Positions 28,501 to 38,284 of a DNA stretch of 49,670 nt are shown here, one piece after another (within the stretch, counting starts at the first letter, position 1; each line of letters starts with the position of its first letter). The notes beneath the pieces were generated by a model that was not told the origin of the DNA, searched no databases, and was given only the letters and a program-made list of their open reading frames with translations. A program made the translations under genes and the position numbers. Origin of the DNA: a virus (Duplodnaviria > Caudoviricetes); the IMG/VR virus record IMGVR_UViG_3300020042_002446, positions 1 through 49,670 of that record. One strand, given 5' to 3'.

Positions 28501-31500
28501 TACGCCCTTACAATAAGTAATGCCCCAGAAGAAATACGTATCGCAAGTGAAAAAGTTGTTGAACTAACTAAAAAACGTGATGCGGCTAAAAAAGATTTAA
28601 GTGAGGCTATAAAAATACCGGCTAATAAATCACAGCAAGCCCGTGTAGATAAAGCAAAAAAACTAAAAGACCAGATTGCAGCTAAGGAAACTAACATCCT
28701 TACCGCTTTGCGTGACATCACAAAAGAAATAAAACAGCGTGGCTTAGATCGCTCAGAGGCAATGTATGGCCCAATTATTCAACGCTTTGAAGAACGTGTA
28801 AAAGAGTTTGAAGCACGATTAAAAGAAATTCAAGAAACGCTTCCTGCTGACGCAAGAATGTCACCAGAAATGGACGAGCTGTTTAATGAAGTAGCAAGCA
28901 TACAGGAAGAAATTGAGAACGCTCGTGCCGTAGTTAAAGAAGCACGTAGTAGATTAGAGACACGTTTGTATGGGCGAGAAGAGTTTGACGAAGAGAAACT
29001 AAAAGCAGCCGAAGAGGTATTAGCAAAGCGTTCAGCAGAACTGCGCAACGCACAACAAACACCAAACATATCTGCCAAGCGTGTATTTGATTTGCAAAAC
29101 CAAGTTGCTGCGGCTAAAAAAGAAGTTAACGCTTTAAGAAAAGAACGTAACGTAGAACCTGAAGCAGATACCAGCAATGCCAGTTTGATTGCGGCTGCAG
29201 ACGAACGCTTAAAGAAAGACAAGCAAGACCTAGCCGAGCTTGAGAAAGCGTTAAGTAAGATTGACGTGCGTACGTACGATGAAAGAGAACGCCAGAAAGA
29301 AGCCGATAAAAAACGTGCAGAAATTACTGTTGCTGAAAAACAGTTAAATGAACTCAAAGCAATAGAAAGTAAAAAAGACGAAGCACAGAAAGCACGTTTA
29401 GCCGCAGGGCTTAACTTGCCTAAAATTACTCGTACAGTTGTAACTGTAGCTGGTAAGCAAATCAATACCGATAAAACGCTACAGAAGAAGTACGGCGAAG
29501 AAGAAAACGTACAAAAAGTAGTTGTTGATACAGAAAAAGTAAAGGCGCTTCAAACGCAGGTAGATGCTGCCAGAGCAAAACAAAACCCCTCGGTAAAAGA
29601 AGTAAGACAATTAAGGAGCTTAGAGCAACGCTTGCGTGTAGCTAAAGCAGGCACACTCGTAATGCAGAAAAAAACTGTTGGTGCTATTCCTGAAACACGT
29701 ACTAGAGAAGGCGGCAAGTGGGTCAGTACCGCAAGTAAAACTGCCGCATACAGAAACGCAGTTGATCAACAGATTAAAACATTAGAAAAAACTATAGCGG
29801 ACACAGAAAAAGAACAAGAGCGAGTTAAAGCGTCTGAAAAACCTTCGCCAACACGTGTTAGAAAGCTAGGCACGAAGATAAAGAAAGCTAAAGCAGAACT
29901 CGCTACCGCAGAAAAAGCACGTGACGCATCTAATCTTACACAAGGCTTGCAGTGGAAACCGGCTAAAAAACCAAAAGCTATTCCACAAACAGGCTTATTG
30001 ATTGAAGAAGAGGCAGAAGAAAAAGTCACAACGCCTAAAGCGCAGCGTGTTGGTGCTGCTGAAAACGTGGCGGACTATCAGAAAGTTGCGGCTACGCTTG
30101 CTTATCAGTCCACTCAAACTGACGTTACACCTCGTCCTAAGAATAAAGCAGGACGTACTGAATCTATGGCAGATAACTTTGCTAATAATAGTGAGCCAGT
30201 AAAGAGAGCTAAAGAAGAGTTTGGTGCAGGCAGTCCTGAAGCGGTACGTGCATTTAAACAAGCACGTGCATTCTTTTTTGAGAAGTTAGACAAATCAATT
30301 AAAGATTTAGAAAACGCCCCACCTTCTGACTTTGATGAACCTACGTTCCGTTTAGGTAACCCTGTTGACAAGCCCGTTGACGCTGCAGAAGCACAGGCGT
30401 TCATTGACAAGCTGCGTGCAAAACTTCCATCTAGTATAAATTTGGTTTACGCGAAGTCATTGCTCGATGTTCCCGGCAAGCTGATTGTTAAGATGGCTAA
30501 GGCTGGCATGGATGTACACGCTGATCGTGTTAAAGGCGCAGTTATGCCTGATGGTACGGTACTGATTATCGGCGATACGCATGAATCTATTAAAGACTTA
30601 GAAGAAACTGTAGCGCATGAATTAACAGGTCACTACGGTGTGGATGCGTTGCTAGGCGAATCTGGTATGAAGTCGTTGTTAGCTTCTGTTGAGAAGTTTG
30701 ATGGCGGTATGATGGGTATGGCAGAGAAGTTAGGCGTTGCAGATGATGTGGCAGAAACCGCACTTGAATATGCCAAACGCCATGAAGCTGCCAGAGCCAG
30801 AGGTGCAGATAAAGAAGAACTTAATAAGATTTTAAATGACGGGAAGATTCAGTCGTTGCGTGAAATGATTGCGCACGTAGAAGAGGCTCGTGCAGACAGA
30901 AGTTTTATTGCTAAGGCTAAAGAGTTTATTCAGGCGATGATAGGTGCAGTACGTGCAGGGCTTAGAAAGATGGGCTTTGCTGAATTGTCTACTGCTAGTA
31001 CGTCAGACATCTACTACCTGTTACGTCAGTCCCGCAAGTCTATTGCAAACAAAACTGTTGGCGCATACCAAAACCCACACGGGGAAACTGTATTTAGTCG
31101 TAAAGTACTAAACGGTCCAAAAATAAATGCAGATATTGCTGCGGCAGTAGATAAAATTGTTTCAAGCCCTCAGACTACGTTAGACAAAATTAAGTCAGAG
31201 TCTACTGGTATTGGCGCACGTACGATGTTCATTGACCGCTTGGCTCCGATGGAACGTGTTGCTGAATACCTTAAAAAATCTTCGCAAGCTATGCAAATGT
31301 TGTACTACGGTCGTCTACACGACCAACGCATGAGCATAACTGCTGAGACAGTAAACAATGGTGCGCCTACACTTGTACAAGATGAAAAAGGTAACTACGT
31401 TATTAAGAGTAGAGGCGGTGATAACTTAGTAGACATCTCTAAAGAGTTTGCTAATGTAAAAGGCTACGGCAATGCTGAAGCTGTTCGCAATTTATTTACT

Positions 31501-33675
31501 GCATGGTTGGCAGCTAAACGTGCTAAGAACATGGGTATAGGTAAAGCAAAACTAAACTTTAACGAGAACGTAACGCAAGAAGAATTAGATAGTATAGAAG
31601 CGTTGGGTGATCAGATACCGCAGTTTGAAAATGCTCGTCAGATGTACAACAAGTACAACAAAGGTTTGATGGGTTGGTTAAAAGAAGCCGGTACCATTGA
31701 CGAGAATAAGTTTAACGAATTGACTAGCATGGAAGACTACATTCCATACTATCGTGCGCAAGGCGATAATGTCATTATGGAGATTGCTGGCATACAACCG
31801 TTTACTATTGGTAACCTGCAACAGCAACCGTATTTAAAAGAGTTAGTAGGCGGTGACGAGAAGATTCAAGACTTCTTTACTTCATCCCTACAGAACACCG
31901 CTATGCTTGTCGATATGGGATTACGTAATCTGGCTACTAAAGAGATTGCGTTTTCATTGCAGTCCGCAGGGCTGCTAAAAGGTAAAGAAGATAAGAATGG
32001 TCAAATGCGCTATATGTTTAAAGGTACGGGTCCTGCGCAGCCTAACGTTATTCGCTTTAAAAGAGATGGCAAGGATTACTACGCTGTAGTAGAGAGCGAA
32101 GCAATAGATATTCCATCTGAATTGTTAGTCAAAGGTTTGCATGGCACACCAACAATGCTTGGCGGTGTAACTAAGATCATGGCTATACCTGCACGCTTCT
32201 TACGTGCAATGGTGACTCGTAGTCCTGTGTATATGCTGCGTCAGTTACTGCGTGACTCTACCTCTAACTTTATGTTGGCTGGCGGTAACATGCTGCCAGT
32301 AGCAAGTGCCGCTAAAGAACTAATGAAGATGTACGCAGGTACAAGTACAGGCGAGAAGACGCTGCAAGAGCGTGGCATTATTGGCGGTCAGATTCTGTCT
32401 GGTACCTCTGAAGATATGCAGAAGATTATGCTCCAGCTATCTAAAGGTGGTTCTGGTTGGGAGATGGCATTAGCTAAACTAGATCGTGCTTCAATGGCAT
32501 CTGACGCTGCATCTCGTATAACACTCTACAACAGCTATATCGCTCAAGGTCTATCTGACATGGAAGCTACCCTTGCTACGCTAGAGTCAATGAACTTTAG
32601 TAAGCGTGGTGCAAGCGGTTCGTTGTATGCCATGAACATGATGATCCCGTTCTTAAATGCACAGATTCAAGGTCTGGATGTTTTATACAAAGCGTTTACT
32701 GGCAAGCTGCCATACTCAGAGAAGTTAAATATTCAGCGTAAGTTATATACACGTGGTTTGATGATGGCAGGTATGACTGTTATGTATGCTGCCATGATGC
32801 AGGACGACGAAGCATATATGAACGCTAATATGCGTGACCGTTTAGCTAACTGGTTTATTCGTATACCGGGCGTTAGTGAGCCAATAAAAATACCTATCCC
32901 GTTTGAGATTGGTTTAATCTTTAAAGCGTTGCCTGAAGCTATGTTGTTGGCAAATTCTAAAGACCGTGATGTCAGTGAAGTGTTGACAGGTTTAAGGGAG
33001 CTAGTTGCAACATCTGTTCCGTTTGGTCCATCATCCGTACCGCAAGCGGTTAAACCTATCCTTGAAGCGGCGGTTAATAAATCGTTCTTCACTGGTCAGG
33101 ATATTGAGACGGAAGCAGAACAAGGTTTAATGCCGGGCGAACGTGTAAGAGATAAGACTAGTGGCGTAGCTAAATTCTTAGGCGAAACTATTGGTGTATC
33201 TCCTGTTATGGTTGACCACTTCATCAACGGCTACACAGGTGGTTTAGGTTTAGCGATTGCGCAAGCAGCAGGCACAATACTGCCACTCAAGCCCGGACCC
33301 GAAGCACCAGACAAACGTTTATCTGATATGCCTATTATAGGTAGTATGTTCCAACCTAACGATGCGCAAGGGCAGATCAGTTTGTTCTATGAAAAAGCCA
33401 AAGAGTATGAGAAAGCTAAAAATACATTCGACAAAATGATCGACGAAGGGCGTGGGGACGAAGCTACAAAGTTTGCTAAAGAGTACGCTACTGATATAGC
33501 AATGTCTGATGTGGCAGCATCTTTTAAAGATACGATGGGGGAATTTACCGAGATGGAGAAACTAATTAAATCCTCTGATCTATCTGGCGCAGAAAAGCTA
33601 CAACGCTTAAAAGAAATACGTGCCACTAAGATTGAGTTTGCTAGATCATTTAACGCTTCCGTCCGTCAACAGTAA
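25522..33675 (+). CDS. Giant (2717 aa) ejection / polyvalent-type protein with zincin-like metallopeptidase motif and LPD38-like C-terminal region
   Basis: N-terminal hydrophobic segment and EGLTE..Q..LER; long coiled coil; HELTGH at 30616-30633; IPFLNA..QG, IPIPFEIG..FK.LPE. Confidence 0.75.
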   Translation: MPNIQELKDAFSRAHRAGDEESARLIANVLKRQLASQEPAIETPKKPEPESGMGAAFRSGLSNLAGDVHAVRAAFGAEGAEKAAAAARERAAQQYKQPEFSEHPIDYITGLAAQSAPYMVAPIIAGGLAASAPVTGALGIGAGVAGLLGAGAASAGQFTGSNLSRQLEKGVAAKDLDVTSAVAASIPQAALDTISLRMIPGLRGILGKAGYELTEAQAAKIARDGIIGTTANAVKAYGPSVLKSAGTEGLTESAQQVLERAQAGLDITDPEARKEYYDSFIGGALLGGTFAVPGRALERGAARDKFEKEAQVKNDAEAKKTAEAELARRQKPEYLVDELDATFNQLQEQKAALLEKRNAITGGKKKLPKDATPEQREEFENISSELKVNERLLYKIGPEYNKNKDAIAAAKEERRMQEMSPQDRFLYGDEGPPVEATTTAEQTETPEGFRTLLDLPEDQVQQTEPLPTEQAQQLLDTKLEGLRYHDLMDDASSVADVLASDGALAKSFLNDEITIAEFAPIEQTAGMTKKEVTAINKERKATVELIKKALPLKLQAVYEQSAPEMEEVLAATERQRKVEKEKDALQRIGAKPTPVATTSIIGRGIERELEQVASDMAPGVEVEPGLQKQNYTTKATEAKTAHEAALSDYELNLEDLVQGRTLDSARPDQRKLASSTKETLQNLINKNKEDYINGVLQEAANLRAAENMQPITQQMAQEARERLTLLLNAVANKAATIKQIQPKLAAVRAQLAVRTPALQRREEKLVKLQSASAEAAKTEEARGDTAKTLEGQLRRKRDYVSNLIDRALGTRTGIDASLRDALVAAQEAAENNTATNELLDAAEDAASRLLRGQDTTDSVAPIESALKSLSEAQDTDTFLSQDKKSKESEELKPLRETTGAQKTLFDTVKQTNPEMAENLGVIRATAANFRKFLASATVRKLRKAISDLIPTVDIKFYEDRVKTLEKQLAQANQDLIDVAGEDWASSIEQLPQDYALTISNAPEEIRIASEKVVELTKKRDAAKKDLSEAIKIPANKSQQARVDKAKKLKDQIAAKETNILTALRDITKEIKQRGLDRSEAMYGPIIQRFEERVKEFEARLKEIQETLPADARMSPEMDELFNEVASIQEEIENARAVVKEARSRLETRLYGREEFDEEKLKAAEEVLAKRSAELRNAQQTPNISAKRVFDLQNQVAAAKKEVNALRKERNVEPEADTSNASLIAAADERLKKDKQDLAELEKALSKIDVRTYDERERQKEADKKRAEITVAEKQLNELKAIESKKDEAQKARLAAGLNLPKITRTVVTVAGKQINTDKTLQKKYGEEENVQKVVVDTEKVKALQTQVDAARAKQNPSVKEVRQLRSLEQRLRVAKAGTLVMQKKTVGAIPETRTREGGKWVSTASKTAAYRNAVDQQIKTLEKTIADTEKEQERVKASEKPSPTRVRKLGTKIKKAKAELATAEKARDASNLTQGLQWKPAKKPKAIPQTGLLIEEEAEEKVTTPKAQRVGAAENVADYQKVAATLAYQSTQTDVTPRPKNKAGRTESMADNFANNSEPVKRAKEEFGAGSPEAVRAFKQARAFFFEKLDKSIKDLENAPPSDFDEPTFRLGNPVDKPVDAAEAQAFIDKLRAKLPSSINLVYAKSLLDVPGKLIVKMAKAGMDVHADRVKGAVMPDGTVLIIGDTHESIKDLEETVAHELTGHYGVDALLGESGMKSLLASVEKFDGGMMGMAEKLGVADDVAETALEYAKRHEAARARGADKEELNKILNDGKIQSLREMIAHVEEARADRSFIAKAKEFIQAMIGAVRAGLRKMGFAELSTASTSDIYYLLRQSRKSIANKTVGAYQNPHGETVFSRKVLNGPKINADIAAAVDKIVSSPQTTLDKIKSESTGIGARTMFIDRLAPMERVAEYLKKSSQAMQMLYYGRLHDQRMSITAETVNNGAPTLVQDEKGNYVIKSRGGDNLVDISKEFANVKGYGNAEAVRNLFTAWLAAKRAKNMGIGKAKLNFNENVTQEELDSIEALGDQIPQFENARQMYNKYNKGLMGWLKEAGTIDENKFNELTSMEDYIPYYRAQGDNVIMEIAGIQPFTIGNLQQQPYLKELVGGDEKIQDFFTSSLQNTAMLVDMGLRNLATKEIAFSLQSAGLLKGKEDKNGQMRYMFKGTGPAQPNVIRFKRDGKDYYAVVESEAIDIPSELLVKGLHGTPTMLGGVTKIMAIPARFLRAMVTRSPVYMLRQLLRDSTSNFMLAGGNMLPVASAAKELMKMYAGTSTGEKTLQERGIIGGQILSGTSEDMQKIMLQLSKGGSGWEMALAKLDRASMASDAASRITLYNSYIAQGLSDMEATLATLESMNFSKRGASGSLYAMNMMIPFLNAQIQGLDVLYKAFTGKLPYSEKLNIQRKLYTRGLMMAGMTVMYAAMMQDDEAYMNANMRDRLANWFIRIPGVSEPIKIPIPFEIGLIFKALPEAMLLANSKDRDVSEVLTGLRELVATSVPFGPSSVPQAVKPILEAAVNKSFFTGQDIETEAEQGLMPGERVRDKTSGVAKFLGETIGVSPVMVDHFINGYTGGLGLAIAQAAGTILPLKPGPEAPDKRLSDMPIIGSMFQPNDAQGQISLFYEKAKEYEKAKNTFDKMIDEGRGDEATKFAKEYATDIAMSDVAASFKDTMGEFTEMEKLIKSSDLSGAEKLQRLKEIRATKIEFARSFNASVRQQ

Positions 33676-33859
33676 ACAGTACGCCCATCTGCCCTTTGTA
33701 AATACAGGGTGTGCCTTTCCCAATAACACGGACTCGCACACCTTCCTTCAATCCTAACTCTCTAATCTTTGTTGGGTTTAGCGTTGGTATAAAAAAGCCC
33801 CCATAGGGGGGCAAGTCCAACCAAGGAAAGTTGTATTTAAGCCGCTTGCTGGAGGTCAT
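33650..33859 (-). CDS. Small hypothetical protein, last gene of the - arm
   Basis: GAGGAG RBS upstream; FPW..L...GGFFIP; overlaps the stop of the giant + ORF. Confidence 0.6.
   Translation of the reverse strand: MTSSKRLKYNFPWLDLPPYGGFFIPTLNPTKIRELGLKEGVRVRVIGKGTPCIYKGQMGVLFTVDGRKR
33791..33812 (-). terminator. Intrinsic terminator
   Basis: - strand GCCCCC-CTAT-GGGGGC-TTTTTT, about 25 nt after primase stop. Confidence 0.7.
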
Positions 33860-36791
33860 ACGGCTCCTCTTTATCTTTGGGGCGGCTGATCATTAAACAG
33901 TTAACACGCATCTGTGGGCCTTTTGTTTTCTTCATCAGGTCGTACCGTCGTGGCAGAGTAGTACGATATAGTTTGCCTATATGTTGTTTAAACTCTTCAA
34001 AGCCAAAACTCATTGACGAACAGTAGCCTTTCAGTAATTGCTCCTCTATGTAGAAGTCAGTAAAGCCCGGTGATGCGTCATGCTCTACACGCCCTGCTAC
34101 GTTAGAGCGCATGGTAGTTTGTTCAATCAACTCACCGTCACCAAACGCTGCACCGATGCCAGTAGACGCTGCCAACACTACAAAGTTACCGTAGAACTCA
34201 CGGATGTAAGCGTTCAATACATCTTCTGCTGTGCGTACATTTGCTGCCATCAACGCACGTTGCTCGAACACCATCTTCTTCAGAGCATTAACAATGCCTT
34301 CGATAGGCAAGTCAATAATACCTGCGTGTTTACTACCTGCCAGAATAGCCCCTGCAACAATCGCAGCACAGCCACCCAACCAGTAACGCTCATCATCCAC
34401 AATCAGAAAGTCCACACGTAGACGCTCAGTAACTTTTTCTACTATACGTTTGCAAGTCTCGCGGTTGTTCACAATCCACTGAGCGAATATCGGACCCGCA
34501 ACACCGTAGTGATCTTTATAAGTACGTACGAGTTTGCGTTCTTCTTCAGTCCATTTTAGCTTAACGTGCGGACGATGCTCTAACATACGACGCAGCTCAC
34601 CCTCTGATGAATGCTTACGTGGTCCTGTCATGTAGTCACCGACTTCTGTATTAGAAGATAAGACCGACAAGCTATCCCAGTATGAGTTGTTGATACGTTC
34701 TTTATTCGCACCAGACTCCATACGATCTTTACCACCGCCTTCGCTGTACGAAAAACAGAAGCCCGGAAACCACTCCATGTCCGCACGGTTCTTAGTAGTA
34801 ATCTCGTCAGAGATAACAGGCAAGCTACCTAATATACCGGCACGTTGCAGCATGGCTACATCAGAAGTCGCCGCACTAATCTTATAGCGATCAGGATGCC
34901 CCCAGATAGATGCACACATCGACAACGCTAGCGTCTTACCTGTACCTGATTGTCTGTGACCTAAGTGAAACGTCATGCCATGCAGACCAGTAAACGTCAT
35001 CAACGGAGAACCAAACCCTGCACACGCTGCTGCCAGTAGTGGGTTTAAATCTTCCTGCTTGTTATATGCAGAGTTAATCAACAAACCAAAACGTTCACGC
35101 CAACCTTCTAACGTACCGTCACGCCCCGTACCTTGAAACACATTCTCTAAGCCGGGTATCGGTGTGCGTCTGGTGCGATCATTCTTAACGTAGATGTTAT
35201 TGTTGTGAACAAACGAGCCATCCTTCTGCCAACCATATGACGCAGGAACATTAACTGCACCACGCTCTGCACTATATGTCTCAACACAACCACGTACATA
35301 TCCCCATAGATACGCATCGTTACCTGCACCGAATGAAGCAATGATGTTCTGCGATGCTAATGACTTAGCAATCTCATCCTTACTAACAATCGCTTTCTGC
35401 GCAAACATAATATCTACTACACCTTCAGGGCGCATAGCTACCATATGAACCGTATGCTCGCCGCCTACTGGCTTTAGTATGTCCATGATGAATAAGTCAT
35501 ACGGCAGAATCATCTTCTGTTCAGCGACCTTCTCACCATTCGCATCAGTCTCCTCCACTTCACGATAGATACCGCCTTTTTTACCGTACGCGAAACCACG
35601 CGGCGGCGATGGACGCACATAGGTGACCGTCTCTTGTGGCAGAACATGCCCCTCTTGACTATGAATAGACGTTTCCTGCGGCGCCTCCACAGTAATAGTT
35701 GTCTCGTTCTTCTCAACTGCAGTCTCCTTCCCTAGTATCAAAGGGTTAGTGATCTTTCCAAAGTGTTTACAGTTTGTGCAGATGCCGGGGTTCTCACTAT
35801 CAAACTTTACGCAAGGATATGGTCCACGTATTTCACGCAGTTTTGTGTGCATCCGCTCTTCTGTGTACGGATGACGAGAGGTTAAAAACTTAGAAGCCTT
35901 TTCTCCGTCATCACACTTCTGCGTAATGGACAACAGTCCTCTCCACAGCGGCTCCATGCCATCTTCCTGTGCGTTCTCAAGGTAGTGTGCTAACTGTCCG
36001 CAGCCTGTGCCTGCCTGAGTCTTAACAAGAATGTTTTTAAAAATTGTTACTGAGTTCTCAAACAACTTCATCGTTGTTGCCGTAGGCGCAGTCTTATTTA
36101 ATGTAGGGCGTACACCTTCGATTGACGGGATGTTGTTTGGTAACGCAGGCAGTTCAGTTAGTGCGGCTCGAATGATGGAATCAAAATCATCAAATGAAAT
36201 TGTGCCGTCAGATTCCTGATGAATCTGTACAGTAAATGTCTCATTAAACTTTCTAACCCGCTTCCAGTTCGTTACTTCAGGCACACGCAAGAGCTGCGTT
36301 ACATCAGCAGGTACAGACATATCAACCTTTAGCTTCTCCTGCTTGCACAGACGCTTAAAGTTTTCAGCTACAGGTTTCCATTTACCTGCTGCTACGTTTT
36401 CATGTAGAGGCCAGAATACGTGATAGCCACCACCAGAGTCGGTGATGTATGGCTTACCTAATTTAGCTAGCCCTGTCTTTTCACAGAACGCTAAGAACGC
36501 AGCCATCCCTGCTTCTTTAGTAGCATACGTTTTCGGTCCGTCCTCTGCACAATCAATGTCCAGAAAGAACGAGCGTGTCTCTACAGCGTTAGGTTGTTTG
36601 CGATTACCTGATTCAGCAAAGGTAAACAATGCAAAGTATGTGTCTTGTTCAGTTGCAGAAAATCTATTTACTACTTCTTCTAATTCGTTCAGTTCTTTAT
36701 TAAATACATGTTCCTTGGTGGGCATTCCAGCGACGCAGTAGTAATTACCCGCAGACGGCAGTACTGCCGCCATAAATTCAAGCGGTGTCAT
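33837..36791 (-). CDS. Primase-helicase (AEP-type N-terminus, Cys cluster, DUF927-like P-loop helicase)
   Basis: FFLDID, SGGGYHVFW, LLRVP; C..C.H cluster; Walker A SGTGKT, Walker B ISDEIT. Confidence 0.85.
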   Translation of the reverse strand: MTPLEFMAAVLPSAGNYYCVAGMPTKEHVFNKELNELEEVVNRFSATEQDTYFALFTFAESGNRKQPNAVETRSFFLDIDCAEDGPKTYATKEAGMAAFLAFCEKTGLAKLGKPYITDSGGGYHVFWPLHENVAAGKWKPVAENFKRLCKQEKLKVDMSVPADVTQLLRVPEVTNWKRVRKFNETFTVQIHQESDGTISFDDFDSIIRAALTELPALPNNIPSIEGVRPTLNKTAPTATTMKLFENSVTIFKNILVKTQAGTGCGQLAHYLENAQEDGMEPLWRGLLSITQKCDDGEKASKFLTSRHPYTEERMHTKLREIRGPYPCVKFDSENPGICTNCKHFGKITNPLILGKETAVEKNETTITVEAPQETSIHSQEGHVLPQETVTYVRPSPPRGFAYGKKGGIYREVEETDANGEKVAEQKMILPYDLFIMDILKPVGGEHTVHMVAMRPEGVVDIMFAQKAIVSKDEIAKSLASQNIIASFGAGNDAYLWGYVRGCVETYSAERGAVNVPASYGWQKDGSFVHNNNIYVKNDRTRRTPIPGLENVFQGTGRDGTLEGWRERFGLLINSAYNKQEDLNPLLAAACAGFGSPLMTFTGLHGMTFHLGHRQSGTGKTLALSMCASIWGHPDRYKISAATSDVAMLQRAGILGSLPVISDEITTKNRADMEWFPGFCFSYSEGGGKDRMESGANKERINNSYWDSLSVLSSNTEVGDYMTGPRKHSSEGELRRMLEHRPHVKLKWTEEERKLVRTYKDHYGVAGPIFAQWIVNNRETCKRIVEKVTERLRVDFLIVDDERYWLGGCAAIVAGAILAGSKHAGIIDLPIEGIVNALKKMVFEQRALMAANVRTAEDVLNAYIREFYGNFVVLAASTGIGAAFGDGELIEQTTMRSNVAGRVEHDASPGFTDFYIEEQLLKGYCSSMSFGFEEFKQHIGKLYRTTLPRRYDLMKKTKGPQMRVNCLMISRPKDKEEPYDLQQAA

Positions 36792-36806
36792 TATTATCCT
36801 TGGGTA

Positions 36807-36971
36807 TTATTTTGCGTCGTCTTTTGCGGCGTCTTCTGCGTAGAGTAGTTTTTCTAAACGTTTTACTAATTCATGCTGCCACTGCAAAGGCAATGGTTCA
36901 CTCGACAATCTGATGTAGGCGTACTTAACCAACTCGATGTCACTTAAAGAGGAAGGTTGAATGCTTGACAT
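36807..36971 (-). CDS. Small hypothetical protein (54 aa, not in ORF track)
   Basis: MSSIQPSSLSDIELVKYAYIRLSSEPLPLQWQHELVKRLEKLLYAEDAAKDDAK; GGAG upstream; fills the gap. Confidence 0.65.
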   Translation of the reverse strand: MSSIQPSSLSDIELVKYAYIRLSSEPLPLQWQHELVKRLEKLLYAEDAAKDDAK

Positions 36972-37222
36972 ATTTTTCTCCGCGCATCTTCCGTAGTGGA
37001 AGAAGTTTTCATGATGTTTAAAAGGGATGTAACACCAGCTTTGTACGGCTGTAGTACTTCCCCACCATTGAACCAGTTATAAACTGTTTGCCGTGTAGCT
37101 CCAGTTGCTTTTGCAAGCAACGTTACAGGCACATCTAAATGTACGGCGTAGCGTCCTAACTGATTGCCCAAAGTCTTCTGGGCTTTAGAGACCGCAAATC
37201 GTATTGTTTCTGAGTATGGCAT
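36944..37222 (-). CDS. Cro/XRE-like HTH regulator
   Basis: LLAKATGATRQTVYNWFNG. Confidence 0.8.
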   Translation of the reverse strand: MPYSETIRFAVSKAQKTLGNQLGRYAVHLDVPVTLLAKATGATRQTVYNWFNGGEVLQPYKAGVTSLLNIMKTSSTTEDARRKICQAFNLPL

Positions 37223-37245
37223 TTTAGTTTTCTGTAGTTAAGGGT

Positions 37246-37328
37246 GCGGGGTCACAAGCTCTTGGGTAGATATTACAAGGAGAGCCTGCCCCCGCTGCCG
37301 GTGTTATTAGCCCCACCTCCGGCTGGGG
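37246..37328 (-). other. Two intergenic stem-loops
   Basis: GCGGGG/CCCCGC + GCAGGCUCU/AGAGCUUGU (37246-37295); CCCCA/UGGGG (37311-37328). Confidence 0.6.
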
Positions 37329-37337
37329 TAACCAAAA

Positions 37338-38273
37338 TTAATCGTCTGTGTCGTCCCACTCACCAACGATGTTGGCAAGGTTAGAGTCACGCTTAGGCAC
37401 AGCACCACCGGCACTTGCTTCTTTACGCTTAGACGGTTCTTCTGTTTCAACTTCAGGCTCTCGATTTTGTGTCGACGATTGCATACGAGTCTTAGGTTTG
37501 GTTGCCCTTGGGGCAGTACCCTCAACTGGTGTAGCTACAGGCGCAGGAGCCTTATCTGTTTGAGCAACCGTCATTGTTACAGCACTAACAGCTTCACGTG
37601 ACTGACCTTTCTCTACAGATACAGCGTACTCATCATCGGTCAACCAACGCAGTGCTTTGAAGAACAGCTTAGGTACTGCCGCTTTAGTATCAAACTTCAA
37701 GCGAGTTACAACCATATCTGCGCCTGCACCCTGTGCTGCCATGTAACGAGCGTATGCTTGCAGAGGACGATTGTCGCCTTCTTCTTTACCAAAGATTGAC
37801 TGTGCAGGTAAAGACAACTGCATTACATCGCCGTTAACATCATTAGCCAGTACAACAGCTAAACGCTGTGAGTAACGACAGGCACGGCTAGAGCCATCAC
37901 CAGAACCCGCAATATTTTGTGGGCAAGTAGCGCATGAATCAGCCTGCTTATTTGTAGATGACGCATCAGGAACTTCACCATTAGGCGACCAGCAATCCGG
38001 TGCTGTGGTGTTACCCTCTTCATACTTACCCATGTAGAACGTACGGGATACTTTAGGTGCGGCATTTACAACCACCACATCCAGATGACGTTCATCAATA
38101 GCCGCTACTTCTTTACCATCAGACATAAGACGGAATACACCGCCCTTGATGGAGATACGTTTGCCGCCACCACCAACATTACCACCGGCTAGGGCTTTAG
38201 CAACTGCAGATAATTCACCACGCTTAACAAATGACGGGGCTGACGAAGGATTAAATTCAACAATATTAGACAT
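37338..38273 (-). CDS. Putative ssDNA-binding/annealing protein
   Basis: RISIKGGVFRL, Cys cluster (PDCWS, CATCPQN, ACRY), flexible linker, acidic aromatic tail EWDDTDD. Confidence 0.6.
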   Translation of the reverse strand: MSNIVEFNPSSAPSFVKRGELSAVAKALAGGNVGGGGKRISIKGGVFRLMSDGKEVAAIDERHLDVVVVNAAPKVSRTFYMGKYEEGNTTAPDCWSPNGEVPDASSTNKQADSCATCPQNIAGSGDGSSRACRYSQRLAVVLANDVNGDVMQLSLPAQSIFGKEEGDNRPLQAYARYMAAQGAGADMVVTRLKFDTKAAVPKLFFKALRWLTDDEYAVSVEKGQSREAVSAVTMTVAQTDKAPAPVATPVEGTAPRATKPKTRMQSSTQNREPEVETEEPSKRKEASAGGAVPKRDSNLANIVGEWDDTDD

Positions 38274-38284
38274 GATTTACATTC

